Positions 1 to 11,322 of a stretch of DNA of 64,000 nt are shown in pieces. The stretch spans positions 2,064-66,063 of the forward strand of contig JBEKDR010000033.1 in NCBI GenBank assembly GCA_050014255.1, in the 5' to 3' direction. Position 1 is the first letter of the stretch. Each line of letters opens with the position of its first letter. The notes beneath the pieces were generated by a model, which saw only the letters and a program-made list of their open reading frames with translations, was not told the DNA's origin and made no database searches. The stretch is from Bacteroidales bacterium. Lineage in GTDB: Bacteria; Bacteroidota; Bacteroidia; Bacteroidales; VadinHA17. Made by a program: the position numbers and the translations under genes.

Positions 1-863
1 CCTTTATTTTTTGCTCCTTCAAGCCGGGTTTTGGTATCCTCTGCTAAATGTTCTTTTGCATTATTTAATGAAGAAAGAACCGATACATACTTGTTCAGAA
101 CAATCTCTTCACCATTTTTAATGGCAAGGGAAACATTGCCGGCAATATATTTATCCCGGACAATATTCCCTGTTTTTATCACAATCGCTCTGTTATCTTT
201 CAGAAATTCAAAATTCATCCCGGTTGCAACATGAAAGTCAGTTTTTAATGTCCTGGTGATAAGGAGTCCGGTGTTACCATTTATCTCTTTGCTTACCTCT
301 GCCCAGAATTTTTCCCCGTAATTTGTATCTTCATTTTTTACATCCCCGTCAATATAAACAGTGAAATCGAGAGTACCTTCAAAATCCAGTGATTTAACAG
401 CATATCTGATTACTCCAAGATCAGGTTCTGCCATGCTGACAAATCTCCTGCTGTTGATCTCAATTATCTTATTTCCCGAAACTGTTACCCTGAAGGTCCT
501 TTCCAGATAACCTTCCTTCATATTGAGAATCCTTGAGAACGAGATGATTTCTGAATTTGCCAGGTCGACTTCTATGCCATTTACAGATATATCAATGCCG
601 ATCCAATTTGGTGCATTCAGGACTTTAGCAAAGTATTCAGGATATCCGTTTTTCCACCACCCTACCCTTGTTTTGTCAGGGTAATATACACCGGCAACAT
701 AACTGCCCTGCATTCTATCGCCTGAATAATGTTCTTCAAAATTGGCTCTCTGTCCCATATAGCCATTCCCTATCGAAAAGATGCTTTCCGACTCCCTGTT
801 CATATCAGGGTGGAATTCCTCTTCGATAATCTGCCAGGCATCCTTTTTATAAAAACTTTTCAT
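1..863 (-). CDS. Glycoside hydrolase family 65 phosphorylase (maltose-phosphorylase type), N-terminal ~287 codons; the 3' part lies beyond the window start
   Basis: Absent from the ORF track because it runs off the window. My minus-strand translation from the ATG at 863-861 reads MKSFYKKDAWQIIEEEFHPDMNRESESIFSIGNGYMGQRANFEEHYSGD... with no stop down to position 1. FSIGNGYMGxR is the GH65 N-terminal motif. An ATGA overlap joins it to the stop of the pgmB-like gene. Confidence 0.8.
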   Translation of the reverse strand, partial: MKSFYKKDAWQIIEEEFHPDMNRESESIFSIGNGYMGQRANFEEHYSGDRMQGSYVAGVYYPDKTRVGWWKNGYPEYFAKVLNAPNWIGIDISVNGIEVDLANSEIISFSRILNMKEGYLERTFRVTVSGNKIIEINSRRFVSMAEPDLGVIRYAVKSLDFEGTLDFTVYIDGDVKNEDTNYGEKFWAEVSKEINGNTGLLITRTLKTDFHVATGMNFEFLKDNRAIVIKTGNIVRDKYIAGNVSLAIKNGEEIVLNKYVSVLSSLNNAKEHLAEDTKTRLEGAKNK

Positions 864-1525
864 AGCTGGATATCTTTTTCTAGAGTTCTAAGTTTTGCCA
901 GGTTCATCTCATTTAACCCCGGAACAACAAAATGAGCCTGCGTTAAAATCCCGGGAGATCCTATTCCGATACACATCATACCTGCATTAAGTGCAGCCTG
1001 CACACCTGCAACCGCGTCTTCAAATACAGTACATTTCCCGGGTTTTATACCTGCCATTTCAGCAGCCTTGAGGAAAACTTCCGGATCAGGTTTTGCTTTA
1101 CTTATAATATTCCCGTCTGCCACTGCATCAAAAAGTTCCAGAATGCCTACCCTTTCAAGGATCATGGGAGTGTTTTTGCTTGCAGATCCTATTGCAACAC
1201 GGATATTTGCATCTCTGAGTTCTTTAATGAATTCGAGAGATCCGGGAAGTATTTCATCCGGAGTCATTTTGCTTATATAATCAATATACCAGTTGTTCTT
1301 GAGCGTTGCATATTCATGTTTCAGATCCTCATCGACTTTTCTGTTGCCAATCTCGAGGATTATTTCAAGGGAAGCCATGCGGCTCACTCCTTTAAGGCGT
1401 TCGTTATCTTCTTCCGTGAAATTAATGCCAAGCTGATCAGTCAATCTTTTCCATGCCAGATAATGGTATCTTGCGGTATCAACAATTACTCCGTCAAGAT
1501 CAAAAATACATGCAGCGGTTTGCAT
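860..1525 (-). CDS. pgmB: Beta-phosphoglucomutase (HAD superfamily)
   Basis: HAD motif I is present (FDLDGVIVDT), with GSASKN and FEDAVAGVQAA downstream. It sits between a GH65 phosphorylase and a sugar transporter. The ATG at 1525-1523 overlaps the transporter stop (TGATG); the ORF track starts one codon earlier at a GTG. Confidence 0.85.
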   Translation of the reverse strand: MQTAACIFDLDGVIVDTARYHYLAWKRLTDQLGINFTEEDNERLKGVSRMASLEIILEIGNRKVDEDLKHEYATLKNNWYIDYISKMTPDEILPGSLEFIKELRDANIRVAIGSASKNTPMILERVGILELFDAVADGNIISKAKPDPEVFLKAAEMAGIKPGKCTVFEDAVAGVQAALNAGMMCIGIGSPGILTQAHFVVPGLNEMNLAKLRTLEKDIQL

Positions 1526-3048
1526 CACACTTTTACTGATTTTGTTTCATCCACATCCTTTACAAAAAGAATCAGTACAGCGGCTATAAACATCGAAATA
1601 CCTCCTGTTACCAGTGCATAAATACTTTCACCTCCAAAGATATCCCGTACGAAGAATCCGAGAATGCTTGCTGCAAGTATCTGTGGAATAACTATGAAAA
1701 AATTAAAGATACCCATATAGGTTCCCATTTTGTTTGAAGGAAGTGATCCGGTCAGAATTGCATACGGCATGGCAAGAATACTGGCCCAGGCAAGGCCAAT
1801 TCCCAGCATAGATAGAATTAGCATCATGGGCGTGTGGATCAGGATTATGGAGATTAGCCCTAAACCACCCGCAATCAGACTAATAGAGTGTGTAATTCGT
1901 CTGTTTGTCCACCTCGCCAGTACAGGAAGCAGGAAAGCTACAATTGCAGCAAATCCGTTGTAAACACCAAAGAGTAAACCCACCCAGTTGGCACCCTGGT
2001 TATATAGTTCACTTGTCGGATCCTTTGTCCCGTATATGTGACTCGTTACTGCCGAAGTTGTATATATCCACATGGAGAAAAGAGCAAACCATGAAAAAAA
2101 CTGAACAATTGCCAGCTGTCCCATTGTCTTTGGCATCCTGTAGAGATCACTTAAAACAACCACCAACCCGTTATCTGTTTTTCCGTTTGATACAAACAAT
2201 CCTGAAATAAACTGGATCAATCCAAAAGCTCCTATTCCAAATGATAGAATATACAATTCCTTTTCACGTGCAAAAAAGTAAACAAGCAAACTTAATATAA
2301 GTCCTGCAAAAATCCAGTAAAAGCCTCTTTTTACAAAAACACTAGGTTTAAAAGAGCTATCAGAATCTGCCTCATATTTGGGTAAAGGATTATCTTCAGT
2401 CGAGAATTCTTGAAGCTCTTCAGGTGAGTACTCTTTTGTTTTGATTATTGTCAATAAAACTGCTGAGATAAATACTACCCCTCCTATATAAAATGACAAC
2501 TTGACTGATAATGGTATCTGACCGGCGGGAGCAGTATTCTGTACATGGAAAAAGTTTGTAAGAACGATAGGCAATAATGAAGCAATTACAGCTCCGGTAC
2601 CGATAAAGAAACTTTGTGTTGCAAAACCCGTAGTTCTCTGTTCTGAAGGCAACATATCACCAACGAAAGCTCTGAACGGCTCCATCGATATATTTATAGA
2701 TGCGTCCATAATCCACAGCGTTCCGGCAGCGATCCAAAGCACAGGCGAGTTTGGCATAAAAATCAATGCAAGAGATGCCAGGATAGCTCCCGTAAGAAAG
2801 TAAGGACGACGTCTGCCCAACCTGTTCCACGTGTTGTCACTCATATGTCCGATTATCGGTTGAATAATAAGACCTGTAACAGGTGCAGCAATCCATAAAA
2901 TCGGTATATTTTCGACTTTGGCTCCGAGGGTTTCAAATATCCTGCTGACGTTGGCATTTTGAAGCGCAAACCCGAACTGAATTCCAAGAAATCCAAAACT
3001 CATGTTCCAGATTTGCCAGAAGGATAAACGGGGTTTTGATTTTTTCAT
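1525..3048 (-). CDS. MFS/GPH-type sugar:cation symporter, probably a maltose/maltodextrin importer
   Basis: 507-aa polytopic membrane ORF with about 12 hydrophobic segments. It is the first gene of the transporter-pgmB-GH65 operon. Confidence 0.7.
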   Translation of the reverse strand: MKKSKPRLSFWQIWNMSFGFLGIQFGFALQNANVSRIFETLGAKVENIPILWIAAPVTGLIIQPIIGHMSDNTWNRLGRRRPYFLTGAILASLALIFMPNSPVLWIAAGTLWIMDASINISMEPFRAFVGDMLPSEQRTTGFATQSFFIGTGAVIASLLPIVLTNFFHVQNTAPAGQIPLSVKLSFYIGGVVFISAVLLTIIKTKEYSPEELQEFSTEDNPLPKYEADSDSSFKPSVFVKRGFYWIFAGLILSLLVYFFAREKELYILSFGIGAFGLIQFISGLFVSNGKTDNGLVVVLSDLYRMPKTMGQLAIVQFFSWFALFSMWIYTTSAVTSHIYGTKDPTSELYNQGANWVGLLFGVYNGFAAIVAFLLPVLARWTNRRITHSISLIAGGLGLISIILIHTPMMLILSMLGIGLAWASILAMPYAILTGSLPSNKMGTYMGIFNFFIVIPQILAASILGFFVRDIFGGESIYALVTGGISMFIAAVLILFVKDVDETKSVKV

Positions 3049-3280
3049 AGGTAATGATTAATTTTTATGAAGCTTTCAAACAGTTATGAAATTATAATAT
3101 ACTCAGTCAAAATATCTGGTCGATTCCTAACCAAAAATAGAAAATTGGTTCGATAAATGGCAAACGGGAACCACTTATTTTATAGTATAACTATTGATTT
3201 TCAACACGGAAGACCGCATCAGTTATTTTTCAAACGATTTCTGAAAACGAAGTTATTTTAAAATCGCTGATATGGTTTAG

Positions 3281-6200
3281 TTACTGAACCAGCGTAAATT
3301 TAAGACTGAACCCAAAGTTAGTGTTAGAAGTTGGAAAAGTAGTGGCAACAAAAGGATTATTCATCGTACGGTTATAGAAGATCTGGAGATTAAATTTGTC
3401 GCTTAAAACATAATCTGCAGTCGCCCCCAAAGTAAATACTTTCTGTCCTATTACCGGTTGATCGACATCCTCTACCAGCTTCCTTGCAATTGTTTTATCA
3501 TCGCGAATTGAGAGATCAAAACGCAAGTTCAGATCGCTTTTCAGTGCCCGTTGCACTCCTCCTGTTTTAATATTTATCTTGACATTATCAAACCTGTAAC
3601 CCGCACCGAATACCAGTTCATTTATCCGCGCATCAGCTACCTGGTTACTGGTCAGATTAAGTGTGACAGTGCGAGATTTTTTCCATTCAAAACGGGTTGT
3701 AAGACTGTTTTTCCAGTTCATGTCCACATTGATCAGAGGACTGAATTGCTCACTGATTGTCACAACATCTATATCATATTGCTGAATAAAGTTATTTTGA
3801 AGGTCCCTGATACTGTTTATACCGTTGTCATCGAGCTTATAATTCAGATTGGTATTAAAAGAACCGATTTGATATGTACTTCTGTATTGATGCGTTAAGC
3901 TTATGGATCTGAATACGCTTTGTACAAAATCAAGTTTTGACAATCCGTCAAAAGTTATTCTCCAGTTTGGCATCATTTTTAAGGCTGATGGGAATGTTTC
4001 AAGATCGACATTATTGGGGTTTGTTCTGGTATATGCAGCAATGAATGCCGGGATCATAACCTCACTGGATGTCTGTCCATATCCGCTCTTATACGGACCT
4101 GTAACAGGATTACCTGTTGTAGGGTCAATATCAGGGTTATAACCAGGATCTGTCTTTTGTCTTTCAGCTGCCCTCCTTGCCGAAATGATAATAATATCCT
4201 TTTTGAAAGTTTCAAAGGCGGAAGAGGCATAATCATTGCTCTTTGATATCTTCTCAAAAGCGGTTCCCCATGATATAATAGAAATGGAGTAATTACCTGA
4301 TATCATGCGGTTGCGTGTGCTATCTGGAAAGTTACCGTTACGATCAGCATTATAGTATGAACTTATAACCTCCTGGTATCTTCTGTCAGCATTCAGATCA
4401 ATTCTCAGTCCGGGAAAAGGTTCAATGAGACTTCGAATTGACAGGCTGATACTTTTATTGTACACGGCCGGTGTATTAAGCAAGGTATCTTTTGAAAGCC
4501 AACCGTTTGATAATGCTTTATCAAAAAAGCTTTTATCACTATATCCCAAAATGAATGGCCATCCGGGGGCAAGCTTATTATTGAAAGATGACATCCCGAG
4601 GTACTTCGTTTCCGGAATATAACCAGGAAGGTACTCTCCCTGGGAGGTTGTATAGCTCAGACTTAATGACCTTACTCCCATTATTGCCCTAACCAGGTAC
4701 TCACCAACAACTATTGCCGGATTCCTGTTTTTCCTGACCTTGCCTTCAATTACTACCCTGGCGTCGTTAATTTGTTGAGCAGCAGTAAAATTAACCCTGT
4801 TCTCGTTTACAATTTCCAGCTTGCCTTTCACCTCCTCCCCGTTCTTTCCGACAATCTTAACTTTCACATCTTTTGTCTTAAGATTATGATAAATTGCTTT
4901 GACAACATTTGGTTTGAAGCTTACGTTTTCCTTTGTGTATGTGACTGTTATTAATTCTGCCTTCATTTTCCGAGCGGCACCGGGCATCGTATTATTCTCA
5001 ATGTTTTTAAGGAATTTCAATTTAGTATATAGCGAAGAAAAATTTGCCATAGCTGTAAATGTCATTTCGCTATGATTCTTAATTGAATTCCCCAAATTGA
5101 TCTTCACACTGTCGGGGAAAAGTGGGCTGGCCAACCATGTATAATCTGCACTATAGCGGGCGTTGGCATTTATCCAGGAAAGCATAGGAAGCTTATTTAC
5201 AGGAATTGTATAGGTAACGTTCATAAAATGATTATAATCGGTCGTCCTGCCGCCTTTCTTTAAGTTAACCCAAACTGAATCGCGCCAGGCATCGTATAAG
5301 CTGGGATACCTTGTTTTGTCGACACCTCCTGGAGGTTCGTCAATCCTTGAAAGATTGGTTGCAGTAAAATCAAATTTCAGATTCCGGGTAATATCATATT
5401 TAAAATCATAAATCCTGCTCCATTCAAAATCCTTTTTGAAAGAAGGAGTAATTTCCAGGTAAGGGTTGTTAATATCTCTTGTTATTAATTCGTTATAAGT
5501 GCGACTCAGATCCGTCCTGAATGAGATGCTTTTTGGATAAGGATAAAAGTTAAAGTCTTTTATAATTTTAAAAAGAGGGGAATTCAGAAAACTTACATTT
5601 TTAAAAGGCATGATATTGGCAGGTTGCGCCTGAAAATCATAATTGATCCCTCCTCTGTAATCTTTTTCAAGGTTAATTTCGGTTGTAGTATTACTGCTGT
5701 ATATTTCATTGTAAGTATAATTAATGCTTAAATTCGACGGGTCCCAAAAATGGGGTGTTTTTCCATGTTTTGTTATGCCTGCATTGCTTATTGTAATAGT
5801 CTTTCTTCTTGTATAATCCTCTGCTATAGATAATATTGAATCTCTGGTAGCCTTGTTGTTTGCATTTTTTAAAGCGGTTGTTAAAAGAATATCAGGATCA
5901 AGAGGATCATACTGGGGTCTGATCCTGGTTTCGGAATAACCGACATAAACGGGAAGCCTCACACCAACCTTTTCAGGGAAGAATTTCCCAAGTTCAATGT
6001 TGGATGAAATGTCATATTTCAACATCTGATCCTTGCTTCTCTCATTCACTTTTTTATCTATACTCCCCCATCCCGGAGTACTAAACTGACCGACCATATC
6101 AACAGTACCCAGATCGGCAAGACGGGCCTGCATATGCCCGTTCGCTGCCCATCCTCCGTTTTCAATAAAATCGTTTAGCCTTAGTTCATCAAACCATACT

Positions 6201-9200
6201 TCTCCATATTTTGGCAGGCCATCATCCGTTGCTTTGTTCCTTGTTTTTATCGGATTCCTCACTCCCAGCATGATGACCTTTATATTACTCATGTTAGGAT
6301 TGCCGGAAACTGAAATACGGGCCGTTCCGTTAGTGTAAACAAAGACATCGGATATACTTAATGATGAACCTGGAAGCTGCATTTGCCGGTTACGTTCTTC
6401 CTTGGCTTCCTGCAACAGTGAAAGATCGATGTCAAAACTGTTTTCCGCAGGCCACACCTTTGCCCTCTGGTCATCTGAATTATTATCATAATGACCCGGC
6501 GGAGTAAGTTTCAGAGGAAGCTCATATTCATAAAAATTGCTTTTATAATCGGTACCGATTCTTATAAATGCTGTCAGGTCACCATCTTTCAATGGTTGTC
6601 CGATCATTGCTTCAGCATGAACCTCCATACGCAGTTTGCGATATTGCCTTATATCGAGATTTTGATTTTTGAACGCTGCCCTGGCATCACCATCTTCAAG
6701 ATTCATAACCCTAAGTACCATCGATTGTTCGTTAAGCAGTTGCAGCTGTGGGTTCTGCGGGTCTGTTTGTCTGTTAAACCCGGGAGGTAAAACATAATTG
6801 ACAGGTACTTTCCCCGAATTTTCCTCGATACTGACAGAACTTATTTCAAAAGTTCCATCCGAAGCCTGAGGCATAGTTATCCTTTCTGCACCTTCCGAAA
6901 ATGAAATATTGTATTTTCTCCATTCTGCCCGGACAAGGTCAAGATTGGCAAACCGCATAATAACAGGATCTTTGAAGCTCTTAAGGAACATCCGCATAAA
7001 CCGTATTGATTTAAAATCCTGAATATTCCCAACAGCTTTCTGATAATCAGTTATAGGAATCTGAAACTGGTACCACTTTACTTTTGATTTTTTACCATTT
7101 GGAAAGGTAGCTTCGTACTCAATATCATCAACTACATAATTCGAACCAACTTTTATGTCTCCCGGACGAATGCTTACTTTATACTGATAGTAGCTTTCTG
7201 TTTCGCTTAATGTATTATCCCGGTTAATATCTTCCATGTCGGGCAATGTTGAGCCGGCAGTGGGATAAGACTCCTTCGACATCTCGGATGTAGGTGAGTT
7301 TCCTTCCTCCCCGTTATACTTTTTATACCTGTCCAGGATACCCAGACGTTCAGCATCATAATCCGATCCTCTGTAGTAATGATAATCATCACCTGAAGGG
7401 TCGTTCAGAATCTGCTGGTAGGAATCAGGATCCGCGATGAGGGCTGATTTCTGAAGGTAATCCTTGAAGAATGTCTGTTCGTCGTGGTCGCTAAGGCCAT
7501 CAAGTCCGACATCCTGATACAACCTCGATTCAGGGGCGTTGTCAAAAGCATTAACGACGGCCTGAATTGTTGGTACCCTTCCCCATGCTGTAGTATCCAC
7601 ATTTTTTACCTCGGCTGTACTCGGAAGTCCATTCTCAAAACTTTTCCTTGAATCCTTCAAAATATCTTCTGAAATATCGCCCAGGTTTATGTAAAGATCT
7701 CCTCCCTCATCGGTGGGATTATCAACAAAAGGATCCATGACCCAAAACTTGATATATTGAATATTTGCTGCTTCGAAATCGTTAGTGAGCACCTCTCTCA
7801 TTATGCCGCCCCATCTTGATTTAGGGTCGTTCAGTTTTCCGGTGGAACTCATTCCTGCCGAGTATGCCCCGGGATTAGCATCATAATTATAAGGGCCCTT
7901 CTCGTCGGGATAATATGCAAGATTTAAAACGGCTATCGTGGCTGGAATTCCACTGGGGCTTTCTTTATACGGGAATATTTCATTTTCATATATCTCTCGT
8001 ACAAAATGGCTTGATTGATAATCCGGATCATTTTTCATATAGTCCGGTGTTGATGATCCGTTACGCAAAAAGAGAGGGTCAATCACATACCAGGCTATTT
8101 TGGCCCGGTTAAAACCACTGACAAGATCGTTGTTGAACTTCGCTTCAGGGAAAAGCTGATCCTGTCCCTGAGGGACACTGCAAATACTCCACGCATTAAA
8201 TGCTTTCATATCAAGAGGTATTTCGCTGGACTCAAAATCATCAATATATGAATTCCCAGCGCTCGATATTGCCTGAGAATGACCGGGTATCAGGTTAGCA
8301 AACTCACCAAAAAAGGAGAAAGATGACGGAGCTTTTGTATTGAGCAGTGGAATTTTGTCAATTATCTTTGTAAGTAATTGTGATTCTGACTTATATGAAG
8401 CATTCAAACCCCAAATTGTGTTTGAAATAGGTTCCTCTCCATAATTTACTTTCTGAGTATACGGTCTTTCAGTCAGATTAAGAATTGTCGCACCGATATC
8501 GAGCTTATCCGAGGCTCTGTAATCGAGATGAGTTCCAACAAGTGTTTTTGTCTGAAAGCCAAAAAACTGATTGTTCTCCAGTGAAACCTGAATGGGTGTT
8601 TGTGAATCAATAAGTGCACTGTTAATTATTGTCACCGTTCCCATATTGTAATCAACTATATAATCAGTGTTTTCACTAAGTGGTACTCCTCCGGCCGTAA
8701 CCTTAACTGATCCTTGCGGTATACTCGTTGCATTAAGTCTTATAACTGATCCGGATGCAGATGAGTATTGTCCTTTAAATTCGAATTTGTCTTTCTCGGC
8801 TATCTGGCGGGCGACTGTCTGAGTCGAATCATATAACTCCTGAAAGATATACTTCGAAGCCAGAGTAGGATCGGAAATCATACTTTTAAGATGACTTCCG
8901 AAAGGTTCAATAAAGGGGAAAATAATTCTTCCTCTGTCAGCTATTACGGTCACTCCATCTATAAAATCGAAAAAACCATCAGGTTGCCTGTCAAGCTGGG
9001 AATTAAGGTTGTCAAGGCCCATGACCTGTAATAGTATCTTGTTAGCAAGATTCCCTTCAGGGATATAGTTTATTGAATTGCCTGTTTTATCATCCTGGTA
9101 AAGGATATTAAGTACAAAGTTGTTTTTATCCAGTTTCCCCGATCCGAGAGAATAAATGTTTTTCATCATCAGTTTCCAGGTAGGCAGTTTTGGACTCAGA

Positions 9201-10720
9201 TTAGTACCTTTTAACAGTTTAAGTATCAGAGTCTGCGGGGCGGTGATTCCATCTGTCGAAAATTCACCAACTTTAAATACCTGGCCTGCAATTGTATATT
9301 CATAAGCAACTGCCAGAACCTCATCTGCGTTCAAAGCCGTATTAAGCGAAATAAAACCCAGCTGTTTATTAAAATAATACTCCCTGTCATCAAGCTTTCT
9401 GGCATTTTCAATCTTTTCATAATCACGCCCGATCTGGAATCCGGGATATAATGGAGCAAATGCGTTTGTGACCTGGTCAACGCTCCGGATGATGTTGTAT
9501 GCTGTAGTGAACTGTTCATACATTTTATTTGCATTATTGTCAGGGTAGATCATAGCTCCCGGAGTTGCCTGAAAAGCCGGGATCTTATTGAAAATATGGT
9601 TTTTACTTTCACCCAGGTCAACAAAAGCAACTATATTCCTGTTGCTGGCATCCTGAAAACTGCTTAATTTATTTGTTACCCATACTTCGATCCGGTCAAT
9701 ATTGATCCCTGAGCTGATAATTGGCAGGTTCTTTAATGATGCATCATAAGTATCTCTGAAATATTGTGAAATAAAGAAATGCTTGTTTGCCTCATAGGAA
9801 TCAGCAAGCATATCAAAATCTGTCAGTTGAGCTCCTCCCGCAGCATTTATGACAGAAGATTGTCCCTTCTGCTGGGAAAGTACGGTAGTGACAGTCAACT
9901 TTCCGAACTGCATTTCTGTCTTAAGTCCAAACAGGCTATAACTACCTGTAATAAGAGTCCCGGTCAGGGGAAGAGTGACATCACCGGCCTCAACTTTCTT
10001 AAGTATTTCATCTTCCTTTCCTGCGTATTGAAGTTTTGTCCTGTTCTCAAATTCAAACATTGCATCGGTGTTGTAATTCACTCCGAGCGTCATTTTGTCA
10101 CCAATGGTACCGGTGACATTCATCTGAATTTTCTCTTTAAAATCGAATGTTGGAATTGTTCTTAGTTTTTCAGAGAGTGTCGGGTTTTCAGTTTTTGAAA
10201 TATTTATCCCGAATATAAGTTCAGCCGATCCCTGGGGTATTATATTGATAGTATTACTCCCGAATATTTTATCAAATGCCGCGCCTCCGATTTCGATTTG
10301 TGGTATCAGGTTTGACTTGAATCCGGCCTGAGCACCCGATATACGCGACTGCCAGTAATCGCGCATTGCTTTGGCATATTCATACTTCCTGAATTCTTCA
10401 GGACTCATATGTACGGGGGTACGATAATCTAAAGCTCCTATTTTCTCATAAAGAATATATTCATTCTTATCGGGGTCATAAATAACCGTGGATTTGAAAT
10501 TAGATGGCTTATCGAGGAAAAGCGGTGCCTTTTGCTGTAATTCCCATGGAATCCCGGAGTCATCCTTAAGTTTCAGAATTGATTTGTGTGTTGTATCCGT
10601 TGACTGACCTTTTTGTAAAGCAGTCTGACTACTTGCTTCTGAGGACATTAAGAGAAGAGAAGCTAACAGCAGAAGATACGAAAATATCAGAATATTCTTA
10701 TGTGATATCCCTGATCTCAA
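3281..10720 (-). CDS. sprA: SprA, giant outer-membrane beta-barrel translocon of the type IX secretion/gliding system
   Basis: 2479-aa ORF with a signal peptide. Size, composition and the C-terminal beta-barrel-like end (FGFSLKFTLVQ) match SprA of Bacteroidota. The start is a non-ATG (TTG) in the ORF track, so the exact start is uncertain. Confidence 0.85.
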   Translation of the reverse strand: MRSGISHKNILIFSYLLLLASLLLMSSEASSQTALQKGQSTDTTHKSILKLKDDSGIPWELQQKAPLFLDKPSNFKSTVIYDPDKNEYILYEKIGALDYRTPVHMSPEEFRKYEYAKAMRDYWQSRISGAQAGFKSNLIPQIEIGGAAFDKIFGSNTINIIPQGSAELIFGINISKTENPTLSEKLRTIPTFDFKEKIQMNVTGTIGDKMTLGVNYNTDAMFEFENRTKLQYAGKEDEILKKVEAGDVTLPLTGTLITGSYSLFGLKTEMQFGKLTVTTVLSQQKGQSSVINAAGGAQLTDFDMLADSYEANKHFFISQYFRDTYDASLKNLPIISSGINIDRIEVWVTNKLSSFQDASNRNIVAFVDLGESKNHIFNKIPAFQATPGAMIYPDNNANKMYEQFTTAYNIIRSVDQVTNAFAPLYPGFQIGRDYEKIENARKLDDREYYFNKQLGFISLNTALNADEVLAVAYEYTIAGQVFKVGEFSTDGITAPQTLILKLLKGTNLSPKLPTWKLMMKNIYSLGSGKLDKNNFVLNILYQDDKTGNSINYIPEGNLANKILLQVMGLDNLNSQLDRQPDGFFDFIDGVTVIADRGRIIFPFIEPFGSHLKSMISDPTLASKYIFQELYDSTQTVARQIAEKDKFEFKGQYSSASGSVIRLNATSIPQGSVKVTAGGVPLSENTDYIVDYNMGTVTIINSALIDSQTPIQVSLENNQFFGFQTKTLVGTHLDYRASDKLDIGATILNLTERPYTQKVNYGEEPISNTIWGLNASYKSESQLLTKIIDKIPLLNTKAPSSFSFFGEFANLIPGHSQAISSAGNSYIDDFESSEIPLDMKAFNAWSICSVPQGQDQLFPEAKFNNDLVSGFNRAKIAWYVIDPLFLRNGSSTPDYMKNDPDYQSSHFVREIYENEIFPYKESPSGIPATIAVLNLAYYPDEKGPYNYDANPGAYSAGMSSTGKLNDPKSRWGGIMREVLTNDFEAANIQYIKFWVMDPFVDNPTDEGGDLYINLGDISEDILKDSRKSFENGLPSTAEVKNVDTTAWGRVPTIQAVVNAFDNAPESRLYQDVGLDGLSDHDEQTFFKDYLQKSALIADPDSYQQILNDPSGDDYHYYRGSDYDAERLGILDRYKKYNGEEGNSPTSEMSKESYPTAGSTLPDMEDINRDNTLSETESYYQYKVSIRPGDIKVGSNYVVDDIEYEATFPNGKKSKVKWYQFQIPITDYQKAVGNIQDFKSIRFMRMFLKSFKDPVIMRFANLDLVRAEWRKYNISFSEGAERITMPQASDGTFEISSVSIEENSGKVPVNYVLPPGFNRQTDPQNPQLQLLNEQSMVLRVMNLEDGDARAAFKNQNLDIRQYRKLRMEVHAEAMIGQPLKDGDLTAFIRIGTDYKSNFYEYELPLKLTPPGHYDNNSDDQRAKVWPAENSFDIDLSLLQEAKEERNRQMQLPGSSLSISDVFVYTNGTARISVSGNPNMSNIKVIMLGVRNPIKTRNKATDDGLPKYGEVWFDELRLNDFIENGGWAANGHMQARLADLGTVDMVGQFSTPGWGSIDKKVNERSKDQMLKYDISSNIELGKFFPEKVGVRLPVYVGYSETRIRPQYDPLDPDILLTTALKNANNKATRDSILSIAEDYTRRKTITISNAGITKHGKTPHFWDPSNLSINYTYNEIYSSNTTTEINLEKDYRGGINYDFQAQPANIMPFKNVSFLNSPLFKIIKDFNFYPYPKSISFRTDLSRTYNELITRDINNPYLEITPSFKKDFEWSRIYDFKYDITRNLKFDFTATNLSRIDEPPGGVDKTRYPSLYDAWRDSVWVNLKKGGRTTDYNHFMNVTYTIPVNKLPMLSWINANARYSADYTWLASPLFPDSVKINLGNSIKNHSEMTFTAMANFSSLYTKLKFLKNIENNTMPGAARKMKAELITVTYTKENVSFKPNVVKAIYHNLKTKDVKVKIVGKNGEEVKGKLEIVNENRVNFTAAQQINDARVVIEGKVRKNRNPAIVVGEYLVRAIMGVRSLSLSYTTSQGEYLPGYIPETKYLGMSSFNNKLAPGWPFILGYSDKSFFDKALSNGWLSKDTLLNTPAVYNKSISLSIRSLIEPFPGLRIDLNADRRYQEVISSYYNADRNGNFPDSTRNRMISGNYSISIISWGTAFEKISKSNDYASSAFETFKKDIIIISARRAAERQKTDPGYNPDIDPTTGNPVTGPYKSGYGQTSSEVMIPAFIAAYTRTNPNNVDLETFPSALKMMPNWRITFDGLSKLDFVQSVFRSISLTHQYRSTYQIGSFNTNLNYKLDDNGINSIRDLQNNFIQQYDIDVVTISEQFSPLINVDMNWKNSLTTRFEWKKSRTVTLNLTSNQVADARINELVFGAGYRFDNVKINIKTGGVQRALKSDLNLRFDLSIRDDKTIARKLVEDVDQPVIGQKVFTLGATADYVLSDKFNLQIFYNRTMNNPFVATTFPTSNTNFGFSLKFTLVQ

Positions 10721-10738
10721 TCCGGCTTATATTCAGAA

Positions 10739-11320
10739 TTACAAGTTTTTAAGCGCTCTCTTTATCATATCCTCAACCGTCAGGTTTTTTTCATCTCTGA
10801 CAATTTTATCAACGACTTTGGAGACAGTGCTTTTGGCAAATCCCAGCATTACTAATGCAGATAACGCTTCTTCGCGCTTTGTATTGTCTGCAAAGGCAAA
10901 TATTTCACCACTCCCGGCATGTTTGCCAAGCTTGTCTTTCAGATCAACTATAATCCGCTGAGCGGTTTTTAATCCTATTCCTTTGACGCTTTTTAAAAGG
11001 TCAGCATCTGAACCTAAAATTGCCTTTTCTATCTCGCCCGGACTAAGAGAAGAGAGCATCATCCTTGCTGTATTCGCACCCACACCTGTAACTGATATCA
11101 GCAACCTGAAAATATCCCGTTCCTCAGTATCAGCAAATCCAAAGAGCTGATGGCTGTCTTCCCGGATGACTTCATGAATAAGAATTTTAAATTCTTTCTT
11201 TGCCTCAAGTTTCGAAAACGTCGTTAACGAGATATTGATCAAATAACCTATTCCTCCCGTTTCCATTGTCAGGTATGTCGGTGTGATCCGGGTAATGTCA
11301 CCTTTGATATAATCAATCAT
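10739..11320 (-). CDS. ruvA: Holliday junction branch-migration complex subunit RuvA
   Basis: 193 aa. Typical RuvA N-terminus (MIDYIKGDI...GGIGY) and HhH motifs (VTGVGANTARMML, VKGIGLKTAQRII). Confidence 0.9.
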   Translation of the reverse strand: MIDYIKGDITRITPTYLTMETGGIGYLINISLTTFSKLEAKKEFKILIHEVIREDSHQLFGFADTEERDIFRLLISVTGVGANTARMMLSSLSPGEIEKAILGSDADLLKSVKGIGLKTAQRIIVDLKDKLGKHAGSGEIFAFADNTKREEALSALVMLGFAKSTVSKVVDKIVRDEKNLTVEDMIKRALKNL

Positions 11321-11322
11321 AT

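Noticed and set aside
860-1528. Start/stop overlaps (ATGA at 860-863, TGATG at 1523-1527, ATGA at 16532-16535)
   Set aside because: This is ordinary translational coupling in compact operons and is noted only to fix gene boundaries.
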